64,000 bases of DNA from Candidatus Heimdallarchaeota archaeon. Lineage in GTDB: Archaea > Asgardarchaeota > Heimdallarchaeia > Hodarchaeales > Hodarchaeaceae. The notes below the pieces were generated by a model that worked only from the letters and a program-made list of their open reading frames with translations, searched no databases and was not told the origin of the DNA. The number at the start of each line of letters is the position of its first letter. The stretch's first letter is position 1. The DNA lies in assembly GCA_011364965.1 (NCBI GenBank), contig RDOB01000004.1, positions 116,360-180,359 of the forward strand, given 5' to 3'. This document shows positions 39,927 to 49,865 of this stretch, in pieces. Position numbers and translations under genes: made by a program.

Positions 39927-41603
39927 TTATGTAAACTTGCCAGGAGTAATATACCAAGTAAAGCCAGGATAAGCTTCTTGCTTTAACTGTCTTTGGAAAA
40001 TATTGCTGATACCGTTTATTCCAGTAAATAACGCAAGATCTAGCCAATTCCAAGATACTTCTTGAGCTTTCTTCCTTGGAGCGAATCGTCCATAATTGTG
40101 AGAAAGCATTAACTCAAGATTTAAGATTTCTTTGCGTAATTTTCGATTTTGAGGCATAGATTTCAGTGTTTCTTGTTTTTCAGTTAAGAACGCTAGGATC
40201 TTCTTATGTTGGTTCTCTAGATTTATTCTCATGCTTTCTAGGGCAGATCTTACAATACTTGGCTCTGAAGCTTGATTATAATCTCTAAAAACATTGTACA
40301 CTTCAGGAGTAAGCATTGGAGTGTTGATATCTGACGCGCTTTTCTCTCCCCAAGGGGTACTATAATAAAACCGATTAGATCTTAATAACACAGGGGGATT
40401 AATTCCAAGACGTCTCATAGTGGGAATAACAGCAGAATAATAGCTTGTTTCTCCTGGTCCGCCCACATGAGCCAAGAGAGGGAATGAATAATTGTTTACT
40501 ATTGCACGAGAATCCGAACGAGGTGTCAGAGAATGTTTTACCTCACTCAAATCTGGTTTTTTTTCGTTATAAGAAAATGAGTAGTCCTCGGTGCATACCC
40601 TACATTTTCCAGAGAGTACGCCAGGAGATATAATATTCAATTGGACTCTTGTTTTAGTAGGACATTTTAAGCACTCCAAGAAAAATGGAACATAACTATC
40701 TTCACGATGAGTTAAACCTGGGATAAGCTTCAGTGATGTGATCCTTGTATGATAGGTATTTAGTGTTTCAATGTACAGTTCGCGGTTTTTTTCTGTAATT
40801 AAAAATTCAAATGCAGGTAAAACAATTTCTCTGTACTCTAAATCACTGGAAGGAGTTAGAAACACACTTAGATTATTTCGGAGGTTAAATAATTGAGTCC
40901 AAATTAGTTGTGTCCAATATGAGAAATTATTTGACCGCAATGCAGTTTCGTAAACCAAGTCATACCAGTTGAGAAATCTTTCGAGTAGTAATTGCCTTAA
41001 ATCCAGACGTACCTTAGATTCCTTCATTAATGCACGAATATTCTCCTGAATTTTGGCTTTGATGTCATGCAACCAATCTTCACTTGGTACTGGAACTTGA
41101 TGCATTGGGGTACCTTCAGGAACATTCCAATCAGGATGAGATACAGTCAATCCAGTTGGAGAATTGGCTTGAGGAAAACGCGTGATAGTCAGTTCGTTTT
41201 GTATTGAATCATGATCCCCGATATAGAAAAGCGTTCCAATATTAAGTATTTTCCCAAGCCAATCTGAATATGCGACTTTACTGATTAGGAATAAAGACCC
41301 TCCAAGTAAGAGAGGTTGATGCCCAACATCAAGAAATCCATGGTTTACCAGATCAAGGCTATTTTGCACGCTTCTAGTGAAAGTTCCGTATTTTCGATGA
41401 TTTTTTTTGACAATTTTCCGGAATTTTTCTACATTATGATCGTAAGAAGCAAAATCTATCTGTTTTTGCCTTTGCTCCATTGTTTTTATGAGATTTTGAA
41501 AATTTGATGGTATATCTCCCCAGAAATCCATACTATATTCAGTTGGATTTCCTAGAGCTGCTCCCCGATAAATATCCAATAAAGAAGAGAACTGATTTTG
41601 CAA
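39927..41603 (-). CDS. BshC-like protein (bacillithiol cysteine-adding enzyme family)
   Basis: VGHQPLLLGGSLFLISK, GDHD and AHVGGPGETSYY resemble the BshC motifs GQQ..LF.GP.Y..K, EDHD and YIGGPGEIAY. Confidence 0.75.
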   Translation of the reverse strand: MQNQFSSLLDIYRGAALGNPTEYSMDFWGDIPSNFQNLIKTMEQRQKQIDFASYDHNVEKFRKIVKKNHRKYGTFTRSVQNSLDLVNHGFLDVGHQPLLLGGSLFLISKVAYSDWLGKILNIGTLFYIGDHDSIQNELTITRFPQANSPTGLTVSHPDWNVPEGTPMHQVPVPSEDWLHDIKAKIQENIRALMKESKVRLDLRQLLLERFLNWYDLVYETALRSNNFSYWTQLIWTQLFNLRNNLSVFLTPSSDLEYREIVLPAFEFLITEKNRELYIETLNTYHTRITSLKLIPGLTHREDSYVPFFLECLKCPTKTRVQLNIISPGVLSGKCRVCTEDYSFSYNEKKPDLSEVKHSLTPRSDSRAIVNNYSFPLLAHVGGPGETSYYSAVIPTMRRLGINPPVLLRSNRFYYSTPWGEKSASDINTPMLTPEVYNVFRDYNQASEPSIVRSALESMRINLENQHKKILAFLTEKQETLKSMPQNRKLRKEILNLELMLSHNYGRFAPRKKAQEVSWNWLDLALFTGINGISNIFQRQLKQEAYPGFTWYITPGKFT

Positions 41604-41892
41604 TTCAGCAGACCTCAGAAGTTTAACTCATATGAGAATTCAAAATGATATATTTTGTGCAAACTTCATAATGATTCTGCCTAAAATAATACACATACTT
41701 AACCACCATGGTTATTATTATACACTCACTGATTCCTAAACGATTTCAAGAAAGAATGGGGTTTGAAAATTCTTTTATACTCTAAACCTAGAAATTAATT
41801 AAATAGTAAGTTATCCTAGGCTTCTACCCAGTAGAATTCTTTAGGACACAATTACTTGTTTATTAACCCAATTTATTTGGAGAGATTGTTAT

Positions 41893-44800
41893 TTGATTCG
41901 AATCGCACGGTTAGCAAAGAATAAAAAGCGAGCTATTTCTCCTGTCATTGCAGTAATTTTATTAATCGGATTAGCGGTTGCGGCGAGCGCGGCAATATTT
42001 CTTGTTGTCCTTCCCTTACTTCAACCCACAAGTAATCTTGAAATGAATGATGCATACATCATTTATGATACAGATTATACGGTTGCTGCTGATGAAGGAG
42101 AGGGCTATGGAAAAGGTACTGTAAGTTTATCTAATGCAGGAACTGGCTCAATAAAGATAAAGGATATTCAAATTTATTATGCGACAAGTTTTGTAGTAGC
42201 AGATTGGACAGAAATTACCGAAGCGGTAAGTATTCAAGATATTTCAGTGAATAATCCATATGTACTAGATCCACTAACTACCACCGAGGAATTGACAATT
42301 CGTTTTCCGCTCCCTGAAAGAAATGATAATAATACAGTAGCATATAAAATCATTGTTACTCCCACTCAAGGTTCTAGTTTGGATACAACTAAAGTAACGA
42401 GCGTTTCTGAAACAGATATGGAATTATTGGCTGATCGACCCCAGATTTCTTTTACAGGATCATTAGGAACTATTCGTCGAACACGACAGATAGCTCCCAC
42501 AAGTGTTACAGACAATTCACAGATCAAAAATGTAGTATATGAGGTTTATAACGCTGTTGAAACACTAGTTAGAACCAAAACGATTACTCAATCCCTTTGG
42601 CGTTGGCAATGGAATACATTCAATTTTTCTTCTGAAGGATTGGATAATGGATCATATACTATGAAAATAACAGTAAATGATTATGCAGGATTGTCAAACT
42701 TTGTTAACGTCCCACTATTTACAATTGATAATGATTACGAGGAACCTAAAATCACAAATGTACAAGGATTAAGTACTAAAAATGGAATTGGAATTGCAGA
42801 AGTAGGCGAGTTTTATGCGGTAAGTGCAACGATCACAGATTCAGGTTCAGCTGTTTCCAGTGTTTCTGAAGCCTATATCTACTATAAATTGGATGATGGA
42901 GGTACAACCTATTCCATTGCTTCTATGACTCAGGGTACTGGTGATACGTGGACTGGTAATATTCCTGGTGCATTTATTGGGACAGCCGCATTAGCAAATA
43001 ATCTTACATTTTATCTCAAAGCCATAGATGATGATAGTAACGAAAAAAGTACAGGTTCAAATTTTGCAGAGGTCAAGGATACAACTTCTCCAAATTTCAT
43101 CACTCATATATTCCAAGGAGAAACTATTGAAAGCCAAACAACCTTAGTAGGAGACGAAGGTACGACTTTGAGCCTTTCAGTCGAAGTATCTGATAAAGAC
43201 AGTGTGAATCAAGTAAATTTGGTCTGGCGAGAGCGAAATGATATCGGAATTCAATCGGTTGGACCTTGGATTGTATCAAATAATATCTCCGTGTCAGGTA
43301 ATGTTTACAATTTTCGACTTCCTGCTCTCAATGTCACTCTAGATGGTCTAGAATATTATTTCAATGCATCTGATCCCTCCAATAATATTGCATATGAAGG
43401 TAATGGTGCCTCTCCTTACAGAATCAGAGTATATGATGAAGCAAGTCCAATTATCACTATTCAGAGTACCGTGCCAGCTACTATTACTGAAGGAACTGAT
43501 CTAACAGTAAGTGCAAGTATTATTGATAATGATCCCTCCTTTAGCTGGACTGGATTTGAAACAGGAACTGTTCTTTTAGGAATTAAAAGACCTGGTGAAT
43601 CCGTTTATACGAACTTCGATATGACTCATACGAGTGGAGATTCTAGTATTGGGGAAACTCCCATTTGGGAAATCGTGATTGATGGCGCTAATTTCTCTTA
43701 TAATATCTTACCAGTACTAATCAGAATACAAGCCATAGATGATAGTGGAGAAAGTGATCTACAAGATGAGAGTATTGCGGTTTCTGACGCGGGAGAACCA
43801 AATCTTAGCCTAAGTAATGATGCAGTAAGTGGTGCAGACAATCATTTGTTAAACTTTGACATTATAAATGGACAAAATGCTGCTGCGGCTACAATTACAG
43901 ATATAAAAGTCAGGTTATTATCAAATGGAAAAACAATTGTGTCTGGGGATCCTTTAATAGTTCAAATTGACACTGGAGTCACTGTATGGCAAAATGATAC
44001 AAATACTGAAGGAGCAAATAATACCATTATTGCCCTAGATTCAACTGTGAGTATTTCGGGTGGAACTTCAAAGACATTCACGCTGACCTATGCGAACAGT
44101 ACGACTGGAAATTACGATTTGTATGATTTAACGGTATCTGTGACTCTTTATTTCGAGTATGGTGTTGAACCATATACAGGATCTAAACAACTTGCAGAGT
44201 TTGACACGCCAATTACCCAAACTGTTCCAGTAGTACAAACTAGGTATATGCGTAGCAATACCCAAATCATTAACGGGAAAACGGGCTATGAACTAGGCAC
44301 ATCTCTAACTGGATCCATTCATTTATCTGATGGTACTTCAACTTACTCTAGTGATCTAGCTGTTACTTGGGGAATCCAGGTTTACATCCGTCATTCAGAT
44401 TTTAGTCAAAATCTAATTTCTGGTGGCATTGTCGCAACTGTACAGAGACCTGCTGGTGGGGATGCTGCAGGTATACAAAATAATTATTGGAACTGCCCTG
44501 AAACATCATTAACCACTTCTGACGCGATTCTAGTACAGGTTTGGTGTCAAGTTGGTGGTAACAGTCCAGAATTACAAGCTGAATTTATCACAAACCAACT
44601 AGGCGCAGCTAAGCTAGATTCAGCTACATGGAATGTTTATTATTATACAGAAAGAGACAGAGGTGGTGGTTTCTTTAGCAGAACAACTACAGCATACTTC
44701 CATTGGGGTGAAAGCATTTACAATAGCCGGATTGAGGGTTTCCAGTATAGTACTTACGGTGGTGGCGGTGCAGGGGAAATCAGTTATCTGCTTAAATCTG

Positions 44801-44943
44801 ATACTCCACAATCACCTATTCTAGAAACTAGCATATTTCTCGAGAGTATTATAGAGAAGAATCGAAGCTCTCTAATAATATTTTTTGACAAACTGATAGC
44901 AAATACCCTTCAAGATCTCCCCTCTAAACCCCTCTTTTTTTAA
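41893..44943 (+). CDS. Large (1016 aa) archaeal type IV pilin-like protein / adhesin with Ig-like repeats
   Basis: Class III signal peptide KKRA|ISPVIAVILLIGLAVAA; repeated beta-rich modules ending in 'A.D...N' and 'D...P'. Confidence 0.85.
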   Translation: MIRIARLAKNKKRAISPVIAVILLIGLAVAASAAIFLVVLPLLQPTSNLEMNDAYIIYDTDYTVAADEGEGYGKGTVSLSNAGTGSIKIKDIQIYYATSFVVADWTEITEAVSIQDISVNNPYVLDPLTTTEELTIRFPLPERNDNNTVAYKIIVTPTQGSSLDTTKVTSVSETDMELLADRPQISFTGSLGTIRRTRQIAPTSVTDNSQIKNVVYEVYNAVETLVRTKTITQSLWRWQWNTFNFSSEGLDNGSYTMKITVNDYAGLSNFVNVPLFTIDNDYEEPKITNVQGLSTKNGIGIAEVGEFYAVSATITDSGSAVSSVSEAYIYYKLDDGGTTYSIASMTQGTGDTWTGNIPGAFIGTAALANNLTFYLKAIDDDSNEKSTGSNFAEVKDTTSPNFITHIFQGETIESQTTLVGDEGTTLSLSVEVSDKDSVNQVNLVWRERNDIGIQSVGPWIVSNNISVSGNVYNFRLPALNVTLDGLEYYFNASDPSNNIAYEGNGASPYRIRVYDEASPIITIQSTVPATITEGTDLTVSASIIDNDPSFSWTGFETGTVLLGIKRPGESVYTNFDMTHTSGDSSIGETPIWEIVIDGANFSYNILPVLIRIQAIDDSGESDLQDESIAVSDAGEPNLSLSNDAVSGADNHLLNFDIINGQNAAAATITDIKVRLLSNGKTIVSGDPLIVQIDTGVTVWQNDTNTEGANNTIIALDSTVSISGGTSKTFTLTYANSTTGNYDLYDLTVSVTLYFEYGVEPYTGSKQLAEFDTPITQTVPVVQTRYMRSNTQIINGKTGYELGTSLTGSIHLSDGTSTYSSDLAVTWGIQVYIRHSDFSQNLISGGIVATVQRPAGGDAAGIQNNYWNCPETSLTTSDAILVQVWCQVGGNSPELQAEFITNQLGAAKLDSATWNVYYYTERDRGGGFFSRTTTAYFHWGESIYNSRIEGFQYSTYGGGGAGEISYLLKSDTPQSPILETSIFLESIIEKNRSSLIIFFDKLIANTLQDLPSKPLFF

Positions 44944-45069
44944 TTCCAACGATTTGAATAAGAGAAGTAATTAACCTTCTCTCCTCTCTTTCTTTTTTAT
45001 AAATAATTATAAAGTTGATTGTCTATTTTATCTTTACACGGATAACGGGGATTAATTGAGTAGAGAAAT

Positions 45070-46311
45070 ATGAATTACTGTGACTTAGCTATCATTGGAG
45101 CAGGGCCCGTTGGTAGTTTAGCTGCTTGGGCCAGTAATAAGTCCTCAGGGGATCTTTCTGTTAAAATATTTGAAAAGCGTCCCAAAATAGGGACTCCTGT
45201 TCATTGCTCTGGCCTAATGTCGATTAAGGGGTTACAGCGACTCAGTTTAACCTCTGAAACTTTAAAAAATAACTTAGGATTTAACGAGATAAGACGAGCT
45301 AAATTTGTTGCTCCTGATCATACTTGCTTGGAAATAAACAGGGGGAAAAATGCAATGGTGGTTCTGAATAGAGAAGTTTTTGATAGATATCTTGCCAATC
45401 GCGCCAATCAAGTAGGTTGCGAAATTAATTTAAATCATCTAGTTGATAATTTAACATACAACCAAGATCATTGGAAAATTTCAGTTAAAGAGGGAAAGGA
45501 AAAAATTCTAATTAAAACTAAAATAGTAATTCTCTCTGAAGGGATAAATGGAACATTAACGAGATCTCTTGGTTTAAAACCACCAAAAAAACAATGGACA
45601 ATTCCTGCCATTCAATATGAATTTGAAAAGGCAAAGAACATTGAACCTGATTGCGTGGAGCTATATTTTGGAGAAAAATATGCCCCGGGATTTTTTGCAT
45701 GGGCTATACCAATTAGTGAATCGTCTATACGTCTTGGAGTGGGCGTTAAACGCGCATATTCAGGTTTTACGCGGAGATTTCTTCAGAATTTTCTTCAACA
45801 TCCATTAATTCAGCCAAGAATTAAAAATGCAAACCTCATCAAAACTTACGGGGGAGTAATAAGTGCATCAGGGCCTATCCCCAGAACTTACAAGAAGAAT
45901 TTGATGATTGTAGGAGATGCAGCTGGACAAACAAAAGCCACAACTGGAGGAGGAGTAAACGTTGGAGGATTTTGTGGTATAATTGCTGGTTCAGTTGCAC
46001 GAAAAATCCTTGATGGTTCACCTATAACCTGTAAAGAGTATGAAAAGAACTGGAAATCTTATTTTGAGCCTGATTTAACACTTATGAAAATTTTTAGGCG
46101 AATAATGACTCCCCTCTCTGATAATTCTTGGAATGATATTATAAAGATCGCTAAAGAAACGGATATTGGAGAAAAACTGAATAATAGCGAAATAGATCTG
46201 CATGGAGTGGGATTAGCAAAGTATTCACTACAACCTAATATTCTAGCTAAGGGGTTTAGATTAATTCCTCAAATGTGTTTAAGTGCTTTAAAAGGTTTCT
46301 TTGGCAAATAA
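45070..46311 (+). CDS. Geranylgeranyl reductase family FAD oxidoreductase (DGGGPL reductase-like)
   Basis: IIGAGPVG, PVHCSG, FDRYLA, WAIP and VGDAAGQTKATTGGG. Confidence 0.9.
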   Translation: MNYCDLAIIGAGPVGSLAAWASNKSSGDLSVKIFEKRPKIGTPVHCSGLMSIKGLQRLSLTSETLKNNLGFNEIRRAKFVAPDHTCLEINRGKNAMVVLNREVFDRYLANRANQVGCEINLNHLVDNLTYNQDHWKISVKEGKEKILIKTKIVILSEGINGTLTRSLGLKPPKKQWTIPAIQYEFEKAKNIEPDCVELYFGEKYAPGFFAWAIPISESSIRLGVGVKRAYSGFTRRFLQNFLQHPLIQPRIKNANLIKTYGGVISASGPIPRTYKKNLMIVGDAAGQTKATTGGGVNVGGFCGIIAGSVARKILDGSPITCKEYEKNWKSYFEPDLTLMKIFRRIMTPLSDNSWNDIIKIAKETDIGEKLNNSEIDLHGVGLAKYSLQPNILAKGFRLIPQMCLSALKGFFGK

Positions 46312-46363
46312 AACTCTTATTAAATAGAAAACCAGAAAAAGAAAATAAAAAAGATGATAAAAC

Positions 46364-47710
46364 TCAATTAAGTTGTTCATGTACCTTTTTCATGGTTTCA
46401 AGCAATTTTTTAGTACTTTCATTTAGATTAAGCGCAGTTTCAAGCCTTTTTTGAGAAGAGCTATCATAGCTTTGGAGAAATGCTGCGAATGGATCAATAA
46501 AACTATGCATCTGTTCCAACTGTTCGATAAGGTCTTTACTAACTAGAAATTTACCATCATCAATACTCTTTTCGCTATTCTGCGTCATTTTCGTAAGCAT
46601 TTGAGTAAAACTAGATGTCACAGAGATAATTTCAGGAGCTGAAAATGCTTCTAGGGCTTGAATTTTTTTGTTCAGAATGTTTCTAACTTCATTTAGTTGC
46701 GTATAGAGCTTCTCTGCCTGTTTCTCTGATCGAACGGGAATATTGGCCGATCCTAATGATAACGAGTTCTTATTATTTAAAATATCTTCATAAACTATAG
46801 TAATAGGAATTTTAACTAAAAGTTCTTCTTTTCCCTCCCCAGAAGGACACATTAACTTAAATTCAACAGTTTCGGAGGAATTTGCATTTAAAAAGTCTAT
46901 AGATATCGAAGATGATCCAGAGAGAATTTGTACTGTTGAAGGAATTGCAATAGTTGCTGTTGCATTTATAGCTATACCTTCACCATGATTTTCTAATTTA
47001 ACGTTAAAATTAAATTGCTCTCCAAATATTATGTCATGGTCAAATGTGTAAGCTGCACGAATATTAGGAAATTTTACAGAGTCCATTAATTTAGCCCGAG
47101 CGAGTTCCAATGCTGCTTTAATTCCATCAATAAACATTGCAGCAGGTTTGGTATTTAATAAATACGTTTCAGTGTAATTTGAAGCTCGTTGCATTAAAGT
47201 TGGGTCTGGTTTCTCTGATTTTACAGCGGTAGCTAGATCATATGGAATGTAGAGGCAGGCGGTGGCTGCTTGATGAGCAGAAAAATCATGAGATTTGATA
47301 AAGGTGTCCAAATGTTCATTTACATTCCAATCACCAGTTTGTATTTTCAAAAGTGAAGAAATAGCCATACATGCTGCTCCTCCTACTATATCGTCCCATG
47401 ATATATGCTCTTGGGACGCATGGGCAAGAGCATTAGCTGAAGACTTCAACCATTGTTTCTCTACCTCAGGATCGGGATTGAATTTATGAATTACCTGAAA
47501 ACCTGAATAAAATTGATATGCTGCATTTTTGTATTGCCCTCGTTCCATTAATTCTTTAGCAAAAACATTAATAAGATTTGCGGTCTCTCTGGCTGCTTTA
47601 GCGCGTTCTACGGAGTCTTGGATATTACTTAATGATGCTAATGCTTCACGAACATCGCTTGCAGTGGTTGATTTCCTTAAACGCTCAAATAATTCATTTA
47701 CAAAACTCAA
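46364..47710 (-). CDS. Hypothetical protein: helical-repeat N-terminus, Ig-like beta-sandwich, C-terminal helical bundle
   Basis: Ala-rich helical pairs, then GEQFNFNVKLENHGEGIA..IVYED (CARDB-like pattern). No signal peptide. Confidence 0.7.
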   Translation of the reverse strand: MSFVNELFERLRKSTTASDVREALASLSNIQDSVERAKAARETANLINVFAKELMERGQYKNAAYQFYSGFQVIHKFNPDPEVEKQWLKSSANALAHASQEHISWDDIVGGAACMAISSLLKIQTGDWNVNEHLDTFIKSHDFSAHQAATACLYIPYDLATAVKSEKPDPTLMQRASNYTETYLLNTKPAAMFIDGIKAALELARAKLMDSVKFPNIRAAYTFDHDIIFGEQFNFNVKLENHGEGIAINATATIAIPSTVQILSGSSSISIDFLNANSSETVEFKLMCPSGEGKEELLVKIPITIVYEDILNNKNSLSLGSANIPVRSEKQAEKLYTQLNEVRNILNKKIQALEAFSAPEIISVTSSFTQMLTKMTQNSEKSIDDGKFLVSKDLIEQLEQMHSFIDPFAAFLQSYDSSSQKRLETALNLNESTKKLLETMKKVHEQLN

Positions 47711-48120
47711 AATATATTATCTCCTTCTAATCCTTCATTTGTAGATGTAATTTTCATTTCCAATTCTGACTCGTTAATATTCCTCAAAATAACTTATCGT
47801 AATTTAAAATCCTCACTTTTTTAATTATTCGTTTTCTTTTAAATTTTCAACACTTCATTTTCAGATTGGATTTTTAAGCAGCTTAGGAGACTGAATATGC
47901 TACCCTTGAAATTTAAACCATTTTTACAGGTATTTATATTTGGTTTAGTCTTTATTTGAATAATCATTGCTTAATTTTCTTTCATATCATTTTTTTTCCT
48001 ATTTTAAGCAAATCTTTTCACGAAATAATTTGCACAAATTTATATGTTTACCTTGATTTCAATTTTATTGGAATCTAATTAATTCTCAGATAATAAAAAA
48101 GTAGAAGGAGTAATCTAGCA

Positions 48121-48828
48121 ATGGTTTTCTTCCTAAGTCAGAAGGAAAGCGAAATTCCTGAAATTCTAAGAAAAGACCCCTCTGCAAAAAAAGCTTACAA
48201 TGAAATTTTGTCAGGATTAGAGAATGCTTTGATGCTCTATATATATGATTCAGGCCCCTATCCTCCAGATGAGGGTACTCAAATCCTACCTTTTTCAGAT
48301 CTATCTTATTGGGCGGAAAATGACTGGAAACAGCTTTATCCGAAATTTGAAAAAAAGAGATGGATTGTTGTGTTTGTTGCTCGAGGTGGATTTCAGCTAA
48401 TTGATCTTATTGAAAATAAAATAGATGATTTTTCGTGGACTTATTATAAACCAAAAACTGAAGTAAAAGATTTCGAGGATGAAAGTCTTTATACTGAATA
48501 CGTTGATCCTGCATTCGAGGATAAATTTGCAGATTATATGGAAGAAAACGTATCAATCTTATTCGTTGAAGACATTATTTCGACGGGTGAGAACTTAGAG
48601 GCAGCTTTTGACTATACTATGGAAATTGCAGAAGAGTATAACGTTGAAGTCGGAGATATAGCAACGATAGCTTTAGTTACTAGAATAAAAAATTTGGGTA
48701 CAATCCCCATTTATGGTGTACAAACTGATATTCAAATTGATCTGCGCTGTTCTTGGGGTAATGACCTTCCTGACAGAATAGACGCGCGAGATTTCTCTGA
48801 GAGTAAAGATTATGTCGATGATCACTAA
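48121..48828 (+). CDS. Type I phosphoribosyltransferase-fold protein, acidic
   Basis: VFVARGG and the PRPP-binding loop ILFVEDIISTGENL. Confidence 0.8.
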   Translation: MVFFLSQKESEIPEILRKDPSAKKAYNEILSGLENALMLYIYDSGPYPPDEGTQILPFSDLSYWAENDWKQLYPKFEKKRWIVVFVARGGFQLIDLIENKIDDFSWTYYKPKTEVKDFEDESLYTEYVDPAFEDKFADYMEENVSILFVEDIISTGENLEAAFDYTMEIAEEYNVEVGDIATIALVTRIKNLGTIPIYGVQTDIQIDLRCSWGNDLPDRIDARDFSESKDYVDDH

Positions 48829-48870
48829 ATTTAATAACTGAAAGTATAATATGCGTAGAAAAAAAATTTA

Positions 48871-48918
48871 AGTCATTTTCCAGTGGTCTGGACTCTTAGA
48901 CTATTGGAAATAATGATT
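48871..48918 (+). other. Long intergenic stem-loop
   Basis: AGTCATT-TTCCAGTGGTCT / AGACTATTGGAA-AT-AATGATT, 8-nt loop; the G-U pairs favour folding on the + strand. Confidence 0.45.
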
Positions 48919-49000
48919 TCGTTAAATGGCCATAATTATAAAAAAAGATGATTCATATAAGAAATGACGAATTGTAAAGGTTCTCCAGAACAGAGAAAGG

Positions 49001-49846
49001 ATGAATTATCAAATGAGCATTGATCCAACTTATATAAAATCAGCAGTTGAAACCCTAGAACTGATTCAACAACTGTATAATCACCTAAAAAAAACAGGAA
49101 AAATTTCTTCTAAACTAGCAGAGTATTTAACTCAAATTGAATCGAAAGCAGTAGCTAGAATAGGATCCCCATTAGGTCGCAACCTTGGAATGGATATACC
49201 CGTTGAAGATCAAGAGGGAAAATCACCTAAGTACTGGGAAGGAGTTCGAGATATGGCAAAACTCGCTAAAAAGCAGTATTTAGTCCTTAAAGAAGAACAG
49301 AAATTTATATCGTTTCTTAATTCAACAAACATGAAACTCTCAAGCCAAATCGCCCCCAAAGACACTTCTTCACCATTAGAAGATTTATTACAGGGTGAAA
49401 CTGAACCAATAGAACCAGTGGAGGTCTCACCTCTTGAAGAGATGTTATCACCTAAAGCTACTACCCCCAAACCGACTTTTGAGCCCATTTCTACTCCAAA
49501 GATTGAACCATTCCCCGAACCAGAACCCATTCCAGTCCCCAGACCAACACCTCCACCAATTAAGACACCTAAACCTGAAATAAAACCTGAACCAGTTATC
49601 CCTGTCCTTGATTTTCCAGTTTCTACTCCTTCACTAGAACCACCTACCGATAAGCTAGAAGCATTAAATGAAGCGTTGAAATCGAGCGGAATAGAAGAAC
49701 CGGTTTCCGAACCAGTTGAACCTGCACCTTCCTTAACTAAAATGCTTTTAGAGAAAGATGACACCTCCGAAAAAGAGGAAGATGATATGCTATCTCTCTC
49801 CCTTAGAGAAGCATTGAAAATCCTTCGAGATGAAGACGAAGATTAA
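49001..49846 (+). CDS. Hypothetical protein: helical domain, Pro/Glu-rich linker, C-terminal amphipathic helix
   Basis: N-terminal helical region (YWEGVRD), PEPEPIPVPRPTPPP linker, SLREALKILRDEDED tail. Confidence 0.8.
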   Translation: MNYQMSIDPTYIKSAVETLELIQQLYNHLKKTGKISSKLAEYLTQIESKAVARIGSPLGRNLGMDIPVEDQEGKSPKYWEGVRDMAKLAKKQYLVLKEEQKFISFLNSTNMKLSSQIAPKDTSSPLEDLLQGETEPIEPVEVSPLEEMLSPKATTPKPTFEPISTPKIEPFPEPEPIPVPRPTPPPIKTPKPEIKPEPVIPVLDFPVSTPSLEPPTDKLEALNEALKSSGIEEPVSEPVEPAPSLTKMLLEKDDTSEKEEDDMLSLSLREALKILRDEDED

Positions 49847-49865
49847 ATGATATGATGGGGTTTCT

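Noticed and set aside
49210-49764. 184-aa Gly/Ser-rich minus-strand ORF (similarly 56731..56991)
   Set aside because: Antisense shadow of Pro-rich coding sequence on the + strand.
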